Source of the DNA: Terriglobia bacterium
GTDB lineage: Bacteria > Acidobacteriota > UBA6911
Length of the DNA: 64,000 bases
Reading direction: 5' to 3'
Assembly: GCA_963824985.1 (NCBI GenBank)
Contig: CAWGRQ010000002.1
Coordinates: 582 to 64,581 of the forward strand
Both the position numbers and the translations under genes were made by a program. Shown piece by piece: positions 18,493 through 28,808 of this stretch; position 1 is the stretch's first letter, and each line of letters starts with the position of its first letter. Under the pieces are notes generated by a model that made no database searches, was not told the DNA's origin, and was given only the letters and a program-made list of their open reading frames with translations.

Positions 18493-20841
18493 TCAGCGCG
18501 CGGCCGTTTGTGCGCCCCCCATGAACTTCCGCAGGAACGTGTCCATGCGCCCCAGCCATTCCAGCCACCGATGGTGGAGCAGCGAATCGTGCACGTCGTC
18601 GGGCTGGACGATGAGCTCGTAGTAAACGTCGCGTTGGCGCAGCAACTGCACGAGCCCGACCGTCTGCGCAAAGAACACGTTGCGATCGTCGTCTCCCTGG
18701 ATGATGAGGACGGGAGACTTCCAGTTGTCGATCTGCGAAATCGCCGACGATTGATAGGACACCGTCGTCGGGTCCAGCGAGCTGCCGTACAGGTGCACGC
18801 CCGCGTAATCGATGCCGGCGGCGAAGATGTCCGAGTTGCGCGCGAGGGCTTGCGCGGTGAGGAGGCCGCCGTAGGACAGCCCGTAGATGCCGATGCGCTT
18901 CGTGTCGACGTCGGGACGCGACTGGAGGTACTTCGCGCCGGCCAGGACGTCCTGGTACTCGGAGTTGCCGCGCAGGTTGGTTCCGGGCGCGTTCTGGAAC
19001 GAGCGTCCGTACCCGACGCCGCCCCTGTAGTTGATGGAGAGCACGACGTATCCGCGCGACGCGAGCCATTGATTGATGGCGTAAAACTGGTGGTACACGT
19101 AGCGGTAGTGGTAGCCGAGCAGCATCTGCCGGACCGGGCCGCCGTGCACGAAGATCATGGCCGGGTGTTTCTCGCCGGGCCGGTTGCTTTTCGGCAGGAA
19201 CAGCTGGTTCTTGATTTCGAACGCCCGATCTTCCGGCTGCGTGATGACGAGTTCGGGCTCGACGTGCGCTTCGGTCGGGAAACCGGGGCGCGCCGTCGGG
19301 AAGATGATCTTCTGGGAAGTCGGGGACGACCAGATCCCGAGCGACTGCGGCATGTTCCAGGTCGCGCTCAGCGTCGCGAGCGCTCCGGAGGCAAGCGGTG
19401 CGGGGCGGGTCTCGATGCCGCTGCCGGTCGTCACCTGACGCGGCTGGCCGCCCGACACTGGAACGGCCCAGATATGCCGCCGTTCGATGTCGGTCGCGTT
19501 AGTGCAGTAGTAGAACGTCTTTCCGTCGGGCGAGATGATGGACGACGTGGCATCTTCGATGAAGCCGTCCGTCGTCGTGAGCCGGACAGGCTTACTATCC
19601 CGATCCGTGTAGTTGAGGCTGTAGAAGCGATCCCATTCATCCGGCGAGCCTTGTGCGCCCTCTGGCCCTCCACCGCCGCCGCGCCCAGCGCCGCGACCGC
19701 CGAAACCTCCGCTTCCGGAGAACACGACATGGTCGCCGGCCAGGCGCAGGGCAGGCAGGCTTGACCACGGATCGCCCGGTTGCGGGTGCCACGACTCGTG
19801 GGCGGAGCCGGTCGCGACATCGGCAATCCAGACCGAGTAGGTGTACCCGCCCTTGAACGTCGCGCCTGTCAGGCCCGGCACCTGTCGCGCGGACGGCGGC
19901 ACGTTGCCGGCGCTTTGGGCCGCGCCCGATTGTCCGGCGGCGCCGCCGCGCGCAACCTCACCCCCGCGGCCGCCGCCGCGCCCTGTGGCGCCCGTGCCCT
20001 GATAGGCGGGACCGGCCGGCAGTCCGAGCCCGCCGCTGCCCGCGTGCGATTGCTGGCCAAAAGGCGTGCCCGGCCGCCGCACGAAGATAATCCGCTTGCT
20101 GTCGGCCGACCACATCGGGCCCGTGTCAAAATCAGCGTCCGGCGCCAGGTATTTCACCGTCCGCGTCGCCAGCTCGTACACGCCAATAAGGGAGTGATTG
20201 GTCCGGTTGCTGACGAACGCGATCCGGGTGCCGTCGGGCGACCAGGTTGGATTGCTGTTCGTGCCCCAGACTCGAATGAAGGGAACTTCGCCGCGGTCGA
20301 TCGCCGCGGCCGGCCGCGTCGGTGACACGCGCGCCCGATATATCTGGCCTTCGCGCTCCAGCAGGACGTAACGCCCGTCTGGAGACAGCACCGGATTGCT
20401 TCCCTCCATCACCTTCCAGGTCACGCCGGGCGTTGCCGTATAAGCAGCCCAAATCGCCTGCTCGACGCCGTCGGGATTCGCCGCCGGATTGGCGTTCCAG
20501 CCATCGCGATTCCTGGCGCTCCCGCGGACGAAGACAACCGTAGACCCGTTGGCGGACAGGGTCACATTGGTCAGATCCACGCCGTCGTCGTCCGGGTAGT
20601 TGCTGAGCTTGACGGGAGTGAAAGCCGGCGCGGCGGCCGTGTAGACGTTCCGTCGTCCCTTGTCGTATGCCACCCAGGCCACGCGGTCCGTCCTGGCAGA
20701 GGCGACCAACTCAAGAGGCGATGCTGCACCGAGGAACTGATCGATGGTGGGGCCGTTTGCAGATTGTGGCGCGGCCGCGGTGTGGGCGGTGAACGTCAAC
20801 CCAATTGCGGCGACGATTATAAGGGCAATGCGATGTGCCAT
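18493..20841 (-). CDS. S9 family (prolyl oligopeptidase/DPP-like) peptidase, secreted
   Basis: PD40-like WSPDG propeller repeats, VHGGP, nucleophile GLSYGG, QGDDDRNV and PDDVH. Confidence 0.9.
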   Translation of the reverse strand: MAHRIALIIVAAIGLTFTAHTAAAPQSANGPTIDQFLGAASPLELVASARTDRVAWVAYDKGRRNVYTAAAPAFTPVKLSNYPDDDGVDLTNVTLSANGSTVVFVRGSARNRDGWNANPAANPDGVEQAIWAAYTATPGVTWKVMEGSNPVLSPDGRYVLLEREGQIYRARVSPTRPAAAIDRGEVPFIRVWGTNSNPTWSPDGTRIAFVSNRTNHSLIGVYELATRTVKYLAPDADFDTGPMWSADSKRIIFVRRPGTPFGQQSHAGSGGLGLPAGPAYQGTGATGRGGGRGGEVARGGAAGQSGAAQSAGNVPPSARQVPGLTGATFKGGYTYSVWIADVATGSAHESWHPQPGDPWSSLPALRLAGDHVVFSGSGGFGGRGAGRGGGGGPEGAQGSPDEWDRFYSLNYTDRDSKPVRLTTTDGFIEDATSSIISPDGKTFYYCTNATDIERRHIWAVPVSGGQPRQVTTGSGIETRPAPLASGALATLSATWNMPQSLGIWSSPTSQKIIFPTARPGFPTEAHVEPELVITQPEDRAFEIKNQLFLPKSNRPGEKHPAMIFVHGGPVRQMLLGYHYRYVYHQFYAINQWLASRGYVVLSINYRGGVGYGRSFQNAPGTNLRGNSEYQDVLAGAKYLQSRPDVDTKRIGIYGLSYGGLLTAQALARNSDIFAAGIDYAGVHLYGSSLDPTTVSYQSSAISQIDNWKSPVLIIQGDDDRNVFFAQTVGLVQLLRQRDVYYELIVQPDDVHDSLLHHRWLEWLGRMDTFLRKFMGGAQTAAR

Positions 20842-21029
20842 GGGATCCTCCGTGAATCGCCGCGAGGGTAGCATGAGGCGCCGGTTTACACAATCGTTAC
20901 CGGCCTGCCCATGCCGGCATCTTAGGCATGGCGCCGGGATCAGGTTCGCAAAAATTCCTGCCTCCCTGGTTTGATCCTCAATCCCCTCCGCTCCCGCAAA
21001 TTAAGAATTAAATTGCTTGCCTTCGTTCC

Positions 21030-22508
21030 ATGCTTCATATAATAAAGTACTTTATGATTATCAAGATCGAAGAGCGGCCCGCTGTCAGGCTGCCCGAGAA
21101 CAGCCCGGGGTTGGGTGTGGCGCGGAAATCGGCGCTGCTCATTCTCCCTTTCTATCGCAAGAGCCGCTACGGCAGCCTGGGCAAACACGTTCTGACGCCC
21201 GCTTTGACCCTGTCTGCCGTGGCGGCCGCGACCCCGGCGGATTGGCATGTCCGCATCCTGGACGAGAACCTTGGACGGGGCCTGCCCCCGCAGGATACGG
21301 TTCCGGAAGTTGTCGGCATCACGGTACACCTTACCTTCGCGCAACGGGCTTATGAGCTTGCTTCCCGGTACCGCGCGCGAGGCGCGCGGGTGGTCCTGGG
21401 CGGGCTGCACGTGCAATCATGTCCGGAAGAAGCCGCGGGGCACGCCGATGCGATATCGCTCGGCAACGGCGTTGAGACCTGGCCGCGCATCCTGCGGGAC
21501 GTGGAATCGGGATGCCTCGCGACTTCTTACCGCGGCGGCTACGCGATCCCGTTCGACGACGAGCCTGTGCCCCGCCGCGACCTGGTCGACGGTGCGAGCT
21601 ACCTGACCATGGCCAGCCTCATTGCCACCCGCGGATGCGCCAACCGTTGCGGATTCTGTTATCTGTCCACTTCCTCGGCCGGGTTGCGCTACGAAGCCCG
21701 GCAGCCGGCGAACGTCGCCCGTGAGTTGGCCGCGCTTGAAGAACCGTATGGCGTTTTTATCGATAACAATCTCGGCTCGGATCGGGATTATCTGCGCGCC
21801 CTGTGCCAGGCGCTGCGACCGGTCGGGAAGATCTGGAGCGCTGCGGTCACACCAGACGTTGGCGATGATCCGGCCCTGGTGCGCGCAATGAGCGACGCGG
21901 GCTGCATGGGCGTATTCCTGGGACTCGAATCACTGAATCCCGCCAGCCTGCGCGAAAGCGGGAAGAATAACACGGAGCCCGAACGGTATGCGGTCCAGGT
22001 TTCGACATTTCAAAAACACGGGATCCAGGTGAATGCAAGCTTCGTCTTCGGATTCGATCACGACGATCCTGGAACATTCGAGCGCACGGTCGCCTGGATC
22101 GAGCGGCAGAGGCTGGCGTGCGCCACCTTTCATATCCTCACTCCATATCCCGGCACGCCGCTGTTCCGCAGGCTGGATAAGGAAGGCCGCATCTTGCACC
22201 GCGACTGGTCACGATACGATACCTGCCATTGCGTATTCGAACCGCGCCAGATGAGCCCGGAGGATCTCGAAAAGGGATACGGATGGTGTTATCGGCGATT
22301 GTTCTCTGCCGCCTCCATTTTGCATAGGCGTCCACCAGACAGGGGATCCTTTCTGGCATATTTCGGAGGCAGCATTCTCTACAAGAAAATGAACTGGCTC
22401 TGGCCTCTGCTAACGAAGACGCGCGCGACTCACGCGGTGTGGCGGCCTCTCATCGCGCTGGCCCGCCGGCGTCATGCTGCTGCATTGGGTCGGACCGACG
22501 CAAATTGA
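21030..22508 (+). CDS. B12-binding-domain radical SAM protein
   Basis: VVLGGLHV, RGCANRCGFC (CxxxCxxC), FLGLES, FVFGFDHD and TPYPGTPL. Start uncertain. Confidence 0.88.
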   Translation: MLHIIKYFMIIKIEERPAVRLPENSPGLGVARKSALLILPFYRKSRYGSLGKHVLTPALTLSAVAAATPADWHVRILDENLGRGLPPQDTVPEVVGITVHLTFAQRAYELASRYRARGARVVLGGLHVQSCPEEAAGHADAISLGNGVETWPRILRDVESGCLATSYRGGYAIPFDDEPVPRRDLVDGASYLTMASLIATRGCANRCGFCYLSTSSAGLRYEARQPANVARELAALEEPYGVFIDNNLGSDRDYLRALCQALRPVGKIWSAAVTPDVGDDPALVRAMSDAGCMGVFLGLESLNPASLRESGKNNTEPERYAVQVSTFQKHGIQVNASFVFGFDHDDPGTFERTVAWIERQRLACATFHILTPYPGTPLFRRLDKEGRILHRDWSRYDTCHCVFEPRQMSPEDLEKGYGWCYRRLFSAASILHRRPPDRGSFLAYFGGSILYKKMNWLWPLLTKTRATHAVWRPLIALARRRHAAALGRTDAN

Positions 22509-22614
22509 AATTAATCAATCTGTTAACGTGAATTCAGGGGCAAGAAAAGGTCTACAGGAACCCGATTTACCTGTATCTGCTTCACCTGATTTACTTTGCG
22601 TCGGTCCGACCCAA
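22485..22614. repeat. 130-bp element bounded by perfect 20-bp inverted repeats
   Basis: TTGGGTCGGACCGACGCAAA (22485-22504) and TTTGCGTCGGTCCGACCCAA (22595-22614) flank an AT-rich core. Confidence 0.75.
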
Positions 22615-22633
22615 GGCCGCAGTCCCCGCTTCC

Positions 22634-22862
22634 CTAATTGCTTGACCAACTCCACACGGCGGTTCTGGGCGCGATTCTCCTCGGAGCCGTTGCTGGCTAC
22701 CGGGGCCAGAGGGCCTACACCCCGGCCAATCAGGCGGTCCGCACCGATTCCATGTTTGGTCACGAGTGCTTGTACCACCGCCTCGGCGCGGGCTTGGGAC
22801 AGTTTCGTGTTCAGATCCAGCGAAGCCACGTTGTCGGTGTGCCCCACGATATAAACCTTCAT
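22634..22862 (-). pseudogene. C-terminal fragment of an OmpA-family peptidoglycan-binding protein
   Basis: VYIVGHTDNVAS...NTKLSQARAEAV...PVASNGSEENRAQNRRVELV. There is no room for the N-terminal part before miaA. Confidence 0.8.
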
Positions 22863-22905
22863 GAAATGCAACTTTGATTCAGACGGATCTTACCACGGCA
22901 TTGGG

Positions 22906-23847
22906 TCAGACCCAATGCTGGACGGCACGGCAGGCATGCTCGAACATGAGATCCGGGCCCGAGGTTGCTTCAAGCCAGACGATATCCGGGTCGGAGCGGA
23001 ACCATGTCTGCTGCCTCTTGGCGTAACGGCGGCTTTCGCGCTGGGTGTCGGCGATCGCTTCTTCCAGACCGCATTCGCCCCTGAGATATTCTGCGACCTG
23101 GCGATAGCCGATCGCCTTAAAGGCGTGGCAGTTTTCGGGGAATGCTTCCAGCAGCCGCCGGACCTCATCTATGAGCCCCCCCTGGAACATATCCATGACC
23201 CGCCGGTCGATCCTGGCGTAAAGCTCCTCGCGCGGCCAAAAAATGCCCAGCTTGAGCCAGGTGAAGCCCTGCACTCGCTGTTTCGGCCGGCCCTGCCACC
23301 AGCTCATTGTCTGTCCTGACTGGAGATAAATTTCGTAGGCCCGGATATTGCGATCGGTGTCTGCCGCAGCCAGCCGGGCGGCTGTCTCCGGATCTACCCG
23401 ATATAACAACTTGTGAATGATTTCCGGGCCGCGTCGGGCAACGATTGCGCGCATCCGGGCCCTCAAATCAACCGACCGGCCGGGCCCTTCAAACAAGCCG
23501 TCGATCAGCGTCCGCAGATAGAATCCGGTGCCGCCCACGACCATGGGAATGCGGCCACGTGCGCGAATCGCCCGGAGAACCTCCCGTCCTTCGCGTTGGT
23601 AATCCCCTGCGGAAAAGGTTTCGCAGGGGTCACGCAGGTCCAGCATGTGATGCGGGATTCCACCGCATTCGGCTGCGGTCGGCTTGGCGGTGCCGATATC
23701 CATGTTCCGATACACCTGCAGGGCATCACAGGTGACGATCTCACCGCGAAAGCGCTGGGCGAGCGCCACCCCCAATGCGGATTTGCCGGACGCCGTAGGG
23801 CCGACGATAGCAACGGCTGGATATTTCGATTCTTCGATCTCCGACAT
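22906..23847 (-). CDS. miaA: tRNA dimethylallyltransferase
   Basis: GPTASGKS, DALQVYRNMDIGTAKP, VGGTGFY, KAIGY and RRYAKRQQTWF. Confidence 0.96.
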   Translation of the reverse strand: MSEIEESKYPAVAIVGPTASGKSALGVALAQRFRGEIVTCDALQVYRNMDIGTAKPTAAECGGIPHHMLDLRDPCETFSAGDYQREGREVLRAIRARGRIPMVVGGTGFYLRTLIDGLFEGPGRSVDLRARMRAIVARRGPEIIHKLLYRVDPETAARLAAADTDRNIRAYEIYLQSGQTMSWWQGRPKQRVQGFTWLKLGIFWPREELYARIDRRVMDMFQGGLIDEVRRLLEAFPENCHAFKAIGYRQVAEYLRGECGLEEAIADTQRESRRYAKRQQTWFRSDPDIVWLEATSGPDLMFEHACRAVQHWV

Positions 23848-23989
23848 CGGCCTCTGGGCCTCAGACCTTCGAGCTTGAAGCATGCCGATGAGGCATGGGA
23901 AAATTCCAGCCCGAATCAGTCATGAACGTCTTTCGCAAACGAATGAATAAAAGTACACGGCGCCGGAATTCGCTCATTACGGAAAGGTT

Positions 23990-24088
23990 TTGGGACACGG
24001 AAGAACACAGGCAGGGCTTTTGCGTCGGGCCCGCAAAAGCCCTGTACACGGAGCGGATCCGTGTTCATTCGCGATCCTCAGTGTCCTG
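23990..24088. repeat. Palindromic intergenic repeat, partial second copy at ~11905-11960
   Basis: CAGGGCTTTTGCG..CGCAAAAGCCCTG hairpin followed by ATCCGTGTTCATTCGCG. CCCGCAAAAGCCCTGCACGCGG..ATCCGCGTTCATCCGCG recurs at 11911-11956. Confidence 0.6.
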
Positions 24089-24125
24089 AGATGTCCTGCA
24101 ACCCTTTCTTCATCCATAAAGCGGG

Positions 24126-24269
24126 CTAGCCCAGGCTGAAGTAATAGCGGATACACGCAATCAACAAAACCAGCATGACCAGAATGCCGAGTCCCAGGAT
24201 CTGCGAGCGCCGACGGTCGATCTTCTCCCGGCCATTCAATAATTGGTCGGGCCTGGATTCAACCCTCAT
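24126..24269 (-). CDS. 47-aa single-pass membrane protein (below the ORF track cutoff)
   Basis: MRVESRPDQLLNGREKIDRRRSQILGLGILVMLVLLIACIRYYFSLG. The ATG lies 3 nt after the spoIID stop and follows GGAG. Confidence 0.55.
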   Translation of the reverse strand: MRVESRPDQLLNGREKIDRRRSQILGLGILVMLVLLIACIRYYFSLG

Positions 24270-24272
24270 GTG

Positions 24273-26780
24273 TCACTCCCGGTCATATGCCTTGCGCAGT
24301 TCGACGCCCTGATAATAGGTTTTTAGGATTTCCTCGGCGCTCTTTCCCGCCCGGGCCATTCCCACCGCACCGGTTTGACAAAGCCCTATTCCATGCCCAT
24401 AGCCGCGCCCGTCAAAGGTAAAGCTATCGATTCCGCCATCCGCCGCCGGAATGCGCGAAAGAGTGTAGAGCGTGTCTTTTAATCCCAGGGCCGTGCGCAC
24501 TTTATACCCGTTGATGACTGCCGAACCGCGGATGCCGATGACCTCGAGTTGGACGACACGGCCGGAATTGCCGAGACGCGCCGGCTTCAAATCCCGGATC
24601 TCCCCGACATTTCCTGCCAGTGCGCGCAACTTTTCGGCGACGACGGCGCGCGGGATGGTGACCTGCCAGGTGGCCACGGGGGAGAAACGGTCGCTGGAAG
24701 CGCCGCTGGGGCTGAGCTCAACCTCAAGGAAGTCGATTTCGCCGCCGGCCCCCAGGTGAAAGGTCAGCTTCTCATTGCCGATGACGCGCAGTCGGGCCAC
24801 GGGCATGCTCTTTCCCGCAGTGATCATAAAGAGGCGGAGGTCCCGGGCCAGGCGCAGCCGTTCGGTTCGAGCGCCGCGCTTAACGGCGATATCGCCGCCG
24901 TTTCGGGCTTCGCCTCCCGGATCGGCGCAGGTTCCGGTTTTGAGAATCTCCGGATGGGTGGTGGTGATCCACCGGATCAGAAGCGTGAGTGCGTCTCTAC
25001 GCAGAATCGGCTGGTCGGCACGGACGCTGTTATCCGGATAGGGCTGCCAGAGCTTTCGCTGAACCAGGTATGCCAGAGCACGGCGGATGGGATCAGGAAT
25101 GCCCTCGCCATCCCGAAAGTTGCTCGCGTAATACGAGGCATCGGTCCGGGAAACCCGCCGCTCGATTTCCGATGATCCGAAAAACCGTTCCGCCGCATAG
25201 CGGATGAATTCACCTCGCGTCGTGATATCGCCCGTGGAAGTCGCATTTGCGGCGCCCCCCTGGCTTGCCAGGCTGCAACTCCTGTCTACCCAGGCCTTGA
25301 CCTCTCCGGTTTCGGGGATGCCCGCCAGATATTCCTGGGTGAACTGGCCGGACGACATAATACCGAGGACCTGAGCCAGTTCCAGCTCACGATTGGCCGG
25401 ACTGCCGTTGTCGACGAAAAGCACCCCGTCCAGATTGTGGATTCCCTCGATGTCCACCCCCTGGATCTCCGCGGCGGAATTCTCCACGGTGCAAAACACG
25501 CTCTGAAGGTAAGGCACCGGCGCCGTATCAAACACATTGGCAAAGTCCTCCGTCCGCCCGCCACAGGTGGAGGTGTACATGGCGTCGATCAGACTGCCGT
25601 TGTAATAGATGGCTATGCCGGAAGTCCGGCGCACTGCCTCACTCGAACCTTCCCGCTCGGCAGACACGCCTCCGTACACCTGGGTTCTTGTGTCATCGGT
25701 CAGGTCGTAGCCGTCGGCCCGGAAGCGTCCCAGGTTTTTCAAAGCGTAGGTGCGTGCGGCAATCGCCTGCGCCGCCAGCGCCGCGGTTTCGGGATAGGTT
25801 GTCGGGCTCAACTCGGCGGGCACGACGCCCAGGAGGTATTGCTCCACCTCAACCTCATTCACGACCACCAGGCGGCCGTTGCTGCCCAGACTGAGATCGA
25901 GGGTGCCCCGGTAAGGCTTCCCATTCAAGCGCAGGAAACCGCCGTCGGCGCCGGGAAGAAAAAGGTAGCCGGCGCGGCTGATACGGAAGAGTCCTTCCGG
26001 ACCGCGCAGGGCGAGCGTCGGTTCGCCTTTTGCCGATTCGCCGACCTCGCGAACGATGAAGGAATCACGGTAGCCGGCGTCGGCGAGGGCGCCCCCCGAA
26101 AATTCCTGGGCTTCGCCGTGCGAAATGAACTTGCCGAGACGCACCTGGCTGGTTCCGGTGGCGGCATTCTCATGAACCACGGACGGCAGTGAAAATTGAG
26201 CACTCAGCTGGCGTGCCAGCTTTTCAGCGGCTTCCGCGTTGGAAAGGGAGGCCACCTGTACTCGCCAGATTTCAGGAGCGTCCGAAACGGGACGTTCCAA
26301 CCGCACCTGAACCTGGCCCGCGATCTGTCTCCGGGGCGTTTCCGGAACCTTTTCCACCAGGGAGAACTCACTCGCCGCCGAGATCCGGAGTTCTTCTGCC
26401 GGAATGGTCAGACTGACCCGGATCAAAGGGCCTCGGAGCGTCGAATTCTCGATCGGTTGCGGCGGGACCACCGTTCGATCGACTGCCGGGCGGTCGCCAC
26501 TCGGCCTCGACGGCGGGGGCGCGACGGGAGGAGGTTGTGGTTCCGGTTTTGCGGCGGGCGCGGCGGTTGGACGAGTCGCAACCGGAGGCTTGGGCTTCGC
26601 GGATTTGTGTCCGCAGCCCGCGGCCTGGAAAGCCAACAGAAGAATCACAGCGCAGATGGGCACCCGGACAGAAACGGTGAGCACGCTATGCATGAATCCC
26701 CAAGGGTTATCGGGTTTGCAGCCGGAATGACGGCCGTCGGCCTGCACGAAGGAGCCGAGATACCTCCCGCTGTGGATCAT
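24273..26780 (-). CDS. SpoIID/LytB lytic transglycosylase-domain protein with SPOR domain, probable lipoprotein
   Basis: YLLGVVPAE, AQAIAARTYA, TQVYGG, STCGGRTE and GRGYGHGIGLCQTGA, plus SPOR-like WRVQVASLS and lipobox AAGC. True start is probably near 26693. Confidence 0.88.
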   Translation of the reverse strand: MIHSGRYLGSFVQADGRHSGCKPDNPWGFMHSVLTVSVRVPICAVILLLAFQAAGCGHKSAKPKPPVATRPTAAPAAKPEPQPPPVAPPPSRPSGDRPAVDRTVVPPQPIENSTLRGPLIRVSLTIPAEELRISAASEFSLVEKVPETPRRQIAGQVQVRLERPVSDAPEIWRVQVASLSNAEAAEKLARQLSAQFSLPSVVHENAATGTSQVRLGKFISHGEAQEFSGGALADAGYRDSFIVREVGESAKGEPTLALRGPEGLFRISRAGYLFLPGADGGFLRLNGKPYRGTLDLSLGSNGRLVVVNEVEVEQYLLGVVPAELSPTTYPETAALAAQAIAARTYALKNLGRFRADGYDLTDDTRTQVYGGVSAEREGSSEAVRRTSGIAIYYNGSLIDAMYTSTCGGRTEDFANVFDTAPVPYLQSVFCTVENSAAEIQGVDIEGIHNLDGVLFVDNGSPANRELELAQVLGIMSSGQFTQEYLAGIPETGEVKAWVDRSCSLASQGGAANATSTGDITTRGEFIRYAAERFFGSSEIERRVSRTDASYYASNFRDGEGIPDPIRRALAYLVQRKLWQPYPDNSVRADQPILRRDALTLLIRWITTTHPEILKTGTCADPGGEARNGGDIAVKRGARTERLRLARDLRLFMITAGKSMPVARLRVIGNEKLTFHLGAGGEIDFLEVELSPSGASSDRFSPVATWQVTIPRAVVAEKLRALAGNVGEIRDLKPARLGNSGRVVQLEVIGIRGSAVINGYKVRTALGLKDTLYTLSRIPAADGGIDSFTFDGRGYGHGIGLCQTGAVGMARAGKSAEEILKTYYQGVELRKAYDRE

Positions 26781-27770
26781 TGACGTTCGACGTATTCAAA
26801 AACCAATCTGGCCCCCACGCGGTCCGAAGGAAAACCTCTGGGAAGGGGGGGAAATGGGCTGGAATCCCAAACGGCGGTGAGGGCCGACAGATTCAGGGAG
26901 TCGTTGCCGGACAGTACTTCGATCCTGGCATCGACAATTTGACCGTCTTTGGTGATGTAAAATTTGATCGTCACGTTCCCCTGGTAGTTGCGCAGGTTGG
27001 ATGGAAGCATCCAGTGTTCCTTGACCCGCTGGGTTACCAGTTCCGCGTAGTCCTTGAGATTGAATCCCTTGTCGTCAATAAAGATGTTCCCCTGAACGCG
27101 CAGGCCGGTTTGCTGTCCGGCCGGCTTGTCCGCGGCCGCAGCCTCCGGCCGGAGGCCGGGTTGCGCCGGGATCCTTAGCCGGGAGATTTGCTGCTGTAAT
27201 GGTGCCGGAGCCCGCAGGTGGCGTTTCGGGAATCCCCTTCGGGATCTTCCCGGGCTCAATCACCGGGGGCGGCTTCGCACCCGCAATTGCCGGGTTCCCG
27301 GCAACTCCCGCGCCCGTGCCCGAAGCTGGTGGCGCTGCTCCGGCAGCCCCTCCCGCGAGCGGAACCGGAGTTGTGGAGGGGCGCCCCGGTTCAGGTTGCG
27401 GCTTGGGTACGGCCGCGGGGGCATCGTCCAGGATGCCCCGCGGCAGGTTCACGTGAATGGGGGGCGCGTTTTCGGTTCCGGGCTTCGCGCGGTTAAAATC
27501 GTATATATACTTCTTCAATTCATCGGCAGGCGGCATCTCCATCTTGGAGCCGACCATGGCCACATTCCGCCACTCCTTTGGAGGCGGTATCGTTGACGTG
27601 AAGTCCGTGGGGGTTCGAAACCATTGATTCATCCCGCCGCGTAATAATTGCGGATACTCGAGGAGAAGGAAAACCATCGCGACGTGTCCCAGGCAGCTGA
27701 ATGCCCATGCAGCAAGCAGCCGCCTGCTCGGGGGTCGTCTCTTGTGCTGGGAAATTGCATATTCAAACAT
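26777..27770 (-). CDS. TonB/TolA-family energy transducer, frameshift near 27130
   Basis: N-terminal TM helix with S..H, Pro-rich linker, and TonB-C domain (RVKEHW..VTIKFYITKDG..SSPFPPLP) in a second frame. Confidence 0.8.
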
Positions 27771-27812
27771 GGTCTTCCGATATGGGCCGTCTTGCAAGTA
27801 TAGAAAACCGCA

Positions 27813-28775
27813 CTAAGTCCTGTCAAATCTGAGGGCTTGTGCCTGCGCCGCCTCCGCCTTTTCCAGAATCTGCAGTGCCAGTGCCAGAGTCCTTTTGCCT
27901 TCCTCCCCCGTGCAGGCTATGGGAACATCTCCACGAACAGCCTGCAGGAACGAGCGCAGCTCGGCATCGAGCGGCTCGCAGCGGGGCGGGGTCAGAGTTT
28001 CATTCACGATCTGGGGAGTGCCGGCCGGAGAGCCGTCGAGGCGAAAAATCGCCACATCCTGCCGCGTGTAATCGAGCGAAATGTATTCCCGGGCCTGGAA
28101 AAAACGCAGTTTGCGGATCTTTTCCATGGACACGCGGCTGGCCGTAATATTGGCCACGCAGCCGTCCGCAAACTGGATGCGCGCGTTCGCGATGTCGATG
28201 CGCTTGGTCAGAATGGCAATGCCCACGGCTTCTATATGTTCGGGCGGCGCCTGAACCAGGAGGGTGATGATGTCCAGATCATGGATCATCAGATCCAGAA
28301 TGACATCGATATCCAGGCTGCGCGGCGTGAACAGGCCCATGCGATGCGCTTCAAAGAAGCGCGGCCGGTTGACGATCTTCCGCACCGCCTGGATCGCGGG
28401 GTTGAATCTCTCCAGATGGCCAATCTGCAGGACGCGGTGGTTCAATTGGGCGGCGCGGATGAGCCGGTCGGCGTCTGCAAGCGTGTGACTGATCGGCTTC
28501 TCGACCAGCACGTTCACCCCTTCGTTCAGAAAATGCTCGCCGATCTCGGCGTGCAGCGTGGTCGGAGTCGCAATGCTGACGGCATCGACCTTTCCGAACA
28601 GCTGCCGGTAATCCGCATATGCCTTGGCAGCGAATGGTGCGGCGATTTCCTCTCCTCGTCCCGGCCGGGTATCGACCACGCCAACCAGCGTGGTTTCAGG
28701 CAAGGTAGCATAGACTCGGGCGTGATGCTGCCCGAGGGCGCCCACACCGACAACGCCGACACGAATCCTGTCCAC
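27813..28775 (-). CDS. Gfo/Idh/MocA oxidoreductase (GnnA-like)
   Basis: GVVGVGALGQHHAR, VLVEKPI, GHLERFNPA and DLMIHDLD, directly after lpxA-lpxI. Confidence 0.85.
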   Translation of the reverse strand: MDRIRVGVVGVGALGQHHARVYATLPETTLVGVVDTRPGRGEEIAAPFAAKAYADYRQLFGKVDAVSIATPTTLHAEIGEHFLNEGVNVLVEKPISHTLADADRLIRAAQLNHRVLQIGHLERFNPAIQAVRKIVNRPRFFEAHRMGLFTPRSLDIDVILDLMIHDLDIITLLVQAPPEHIEAVGIAILTKRIDIANARIQFADGCVANITASRVSMEKIRKLRFFQAREYISLDYTRQDVAIFRLDGSPAGTPQIVNETLTPPRCEPLDAELRSFLQAVRGDVPIACTGEEGKRTLALALQILEKAEAAQAQALRFDRT

Positions 28776-28808
28776 GCGATGACTCCTTCACGGGTCCGGG
28801 CGGGACCC

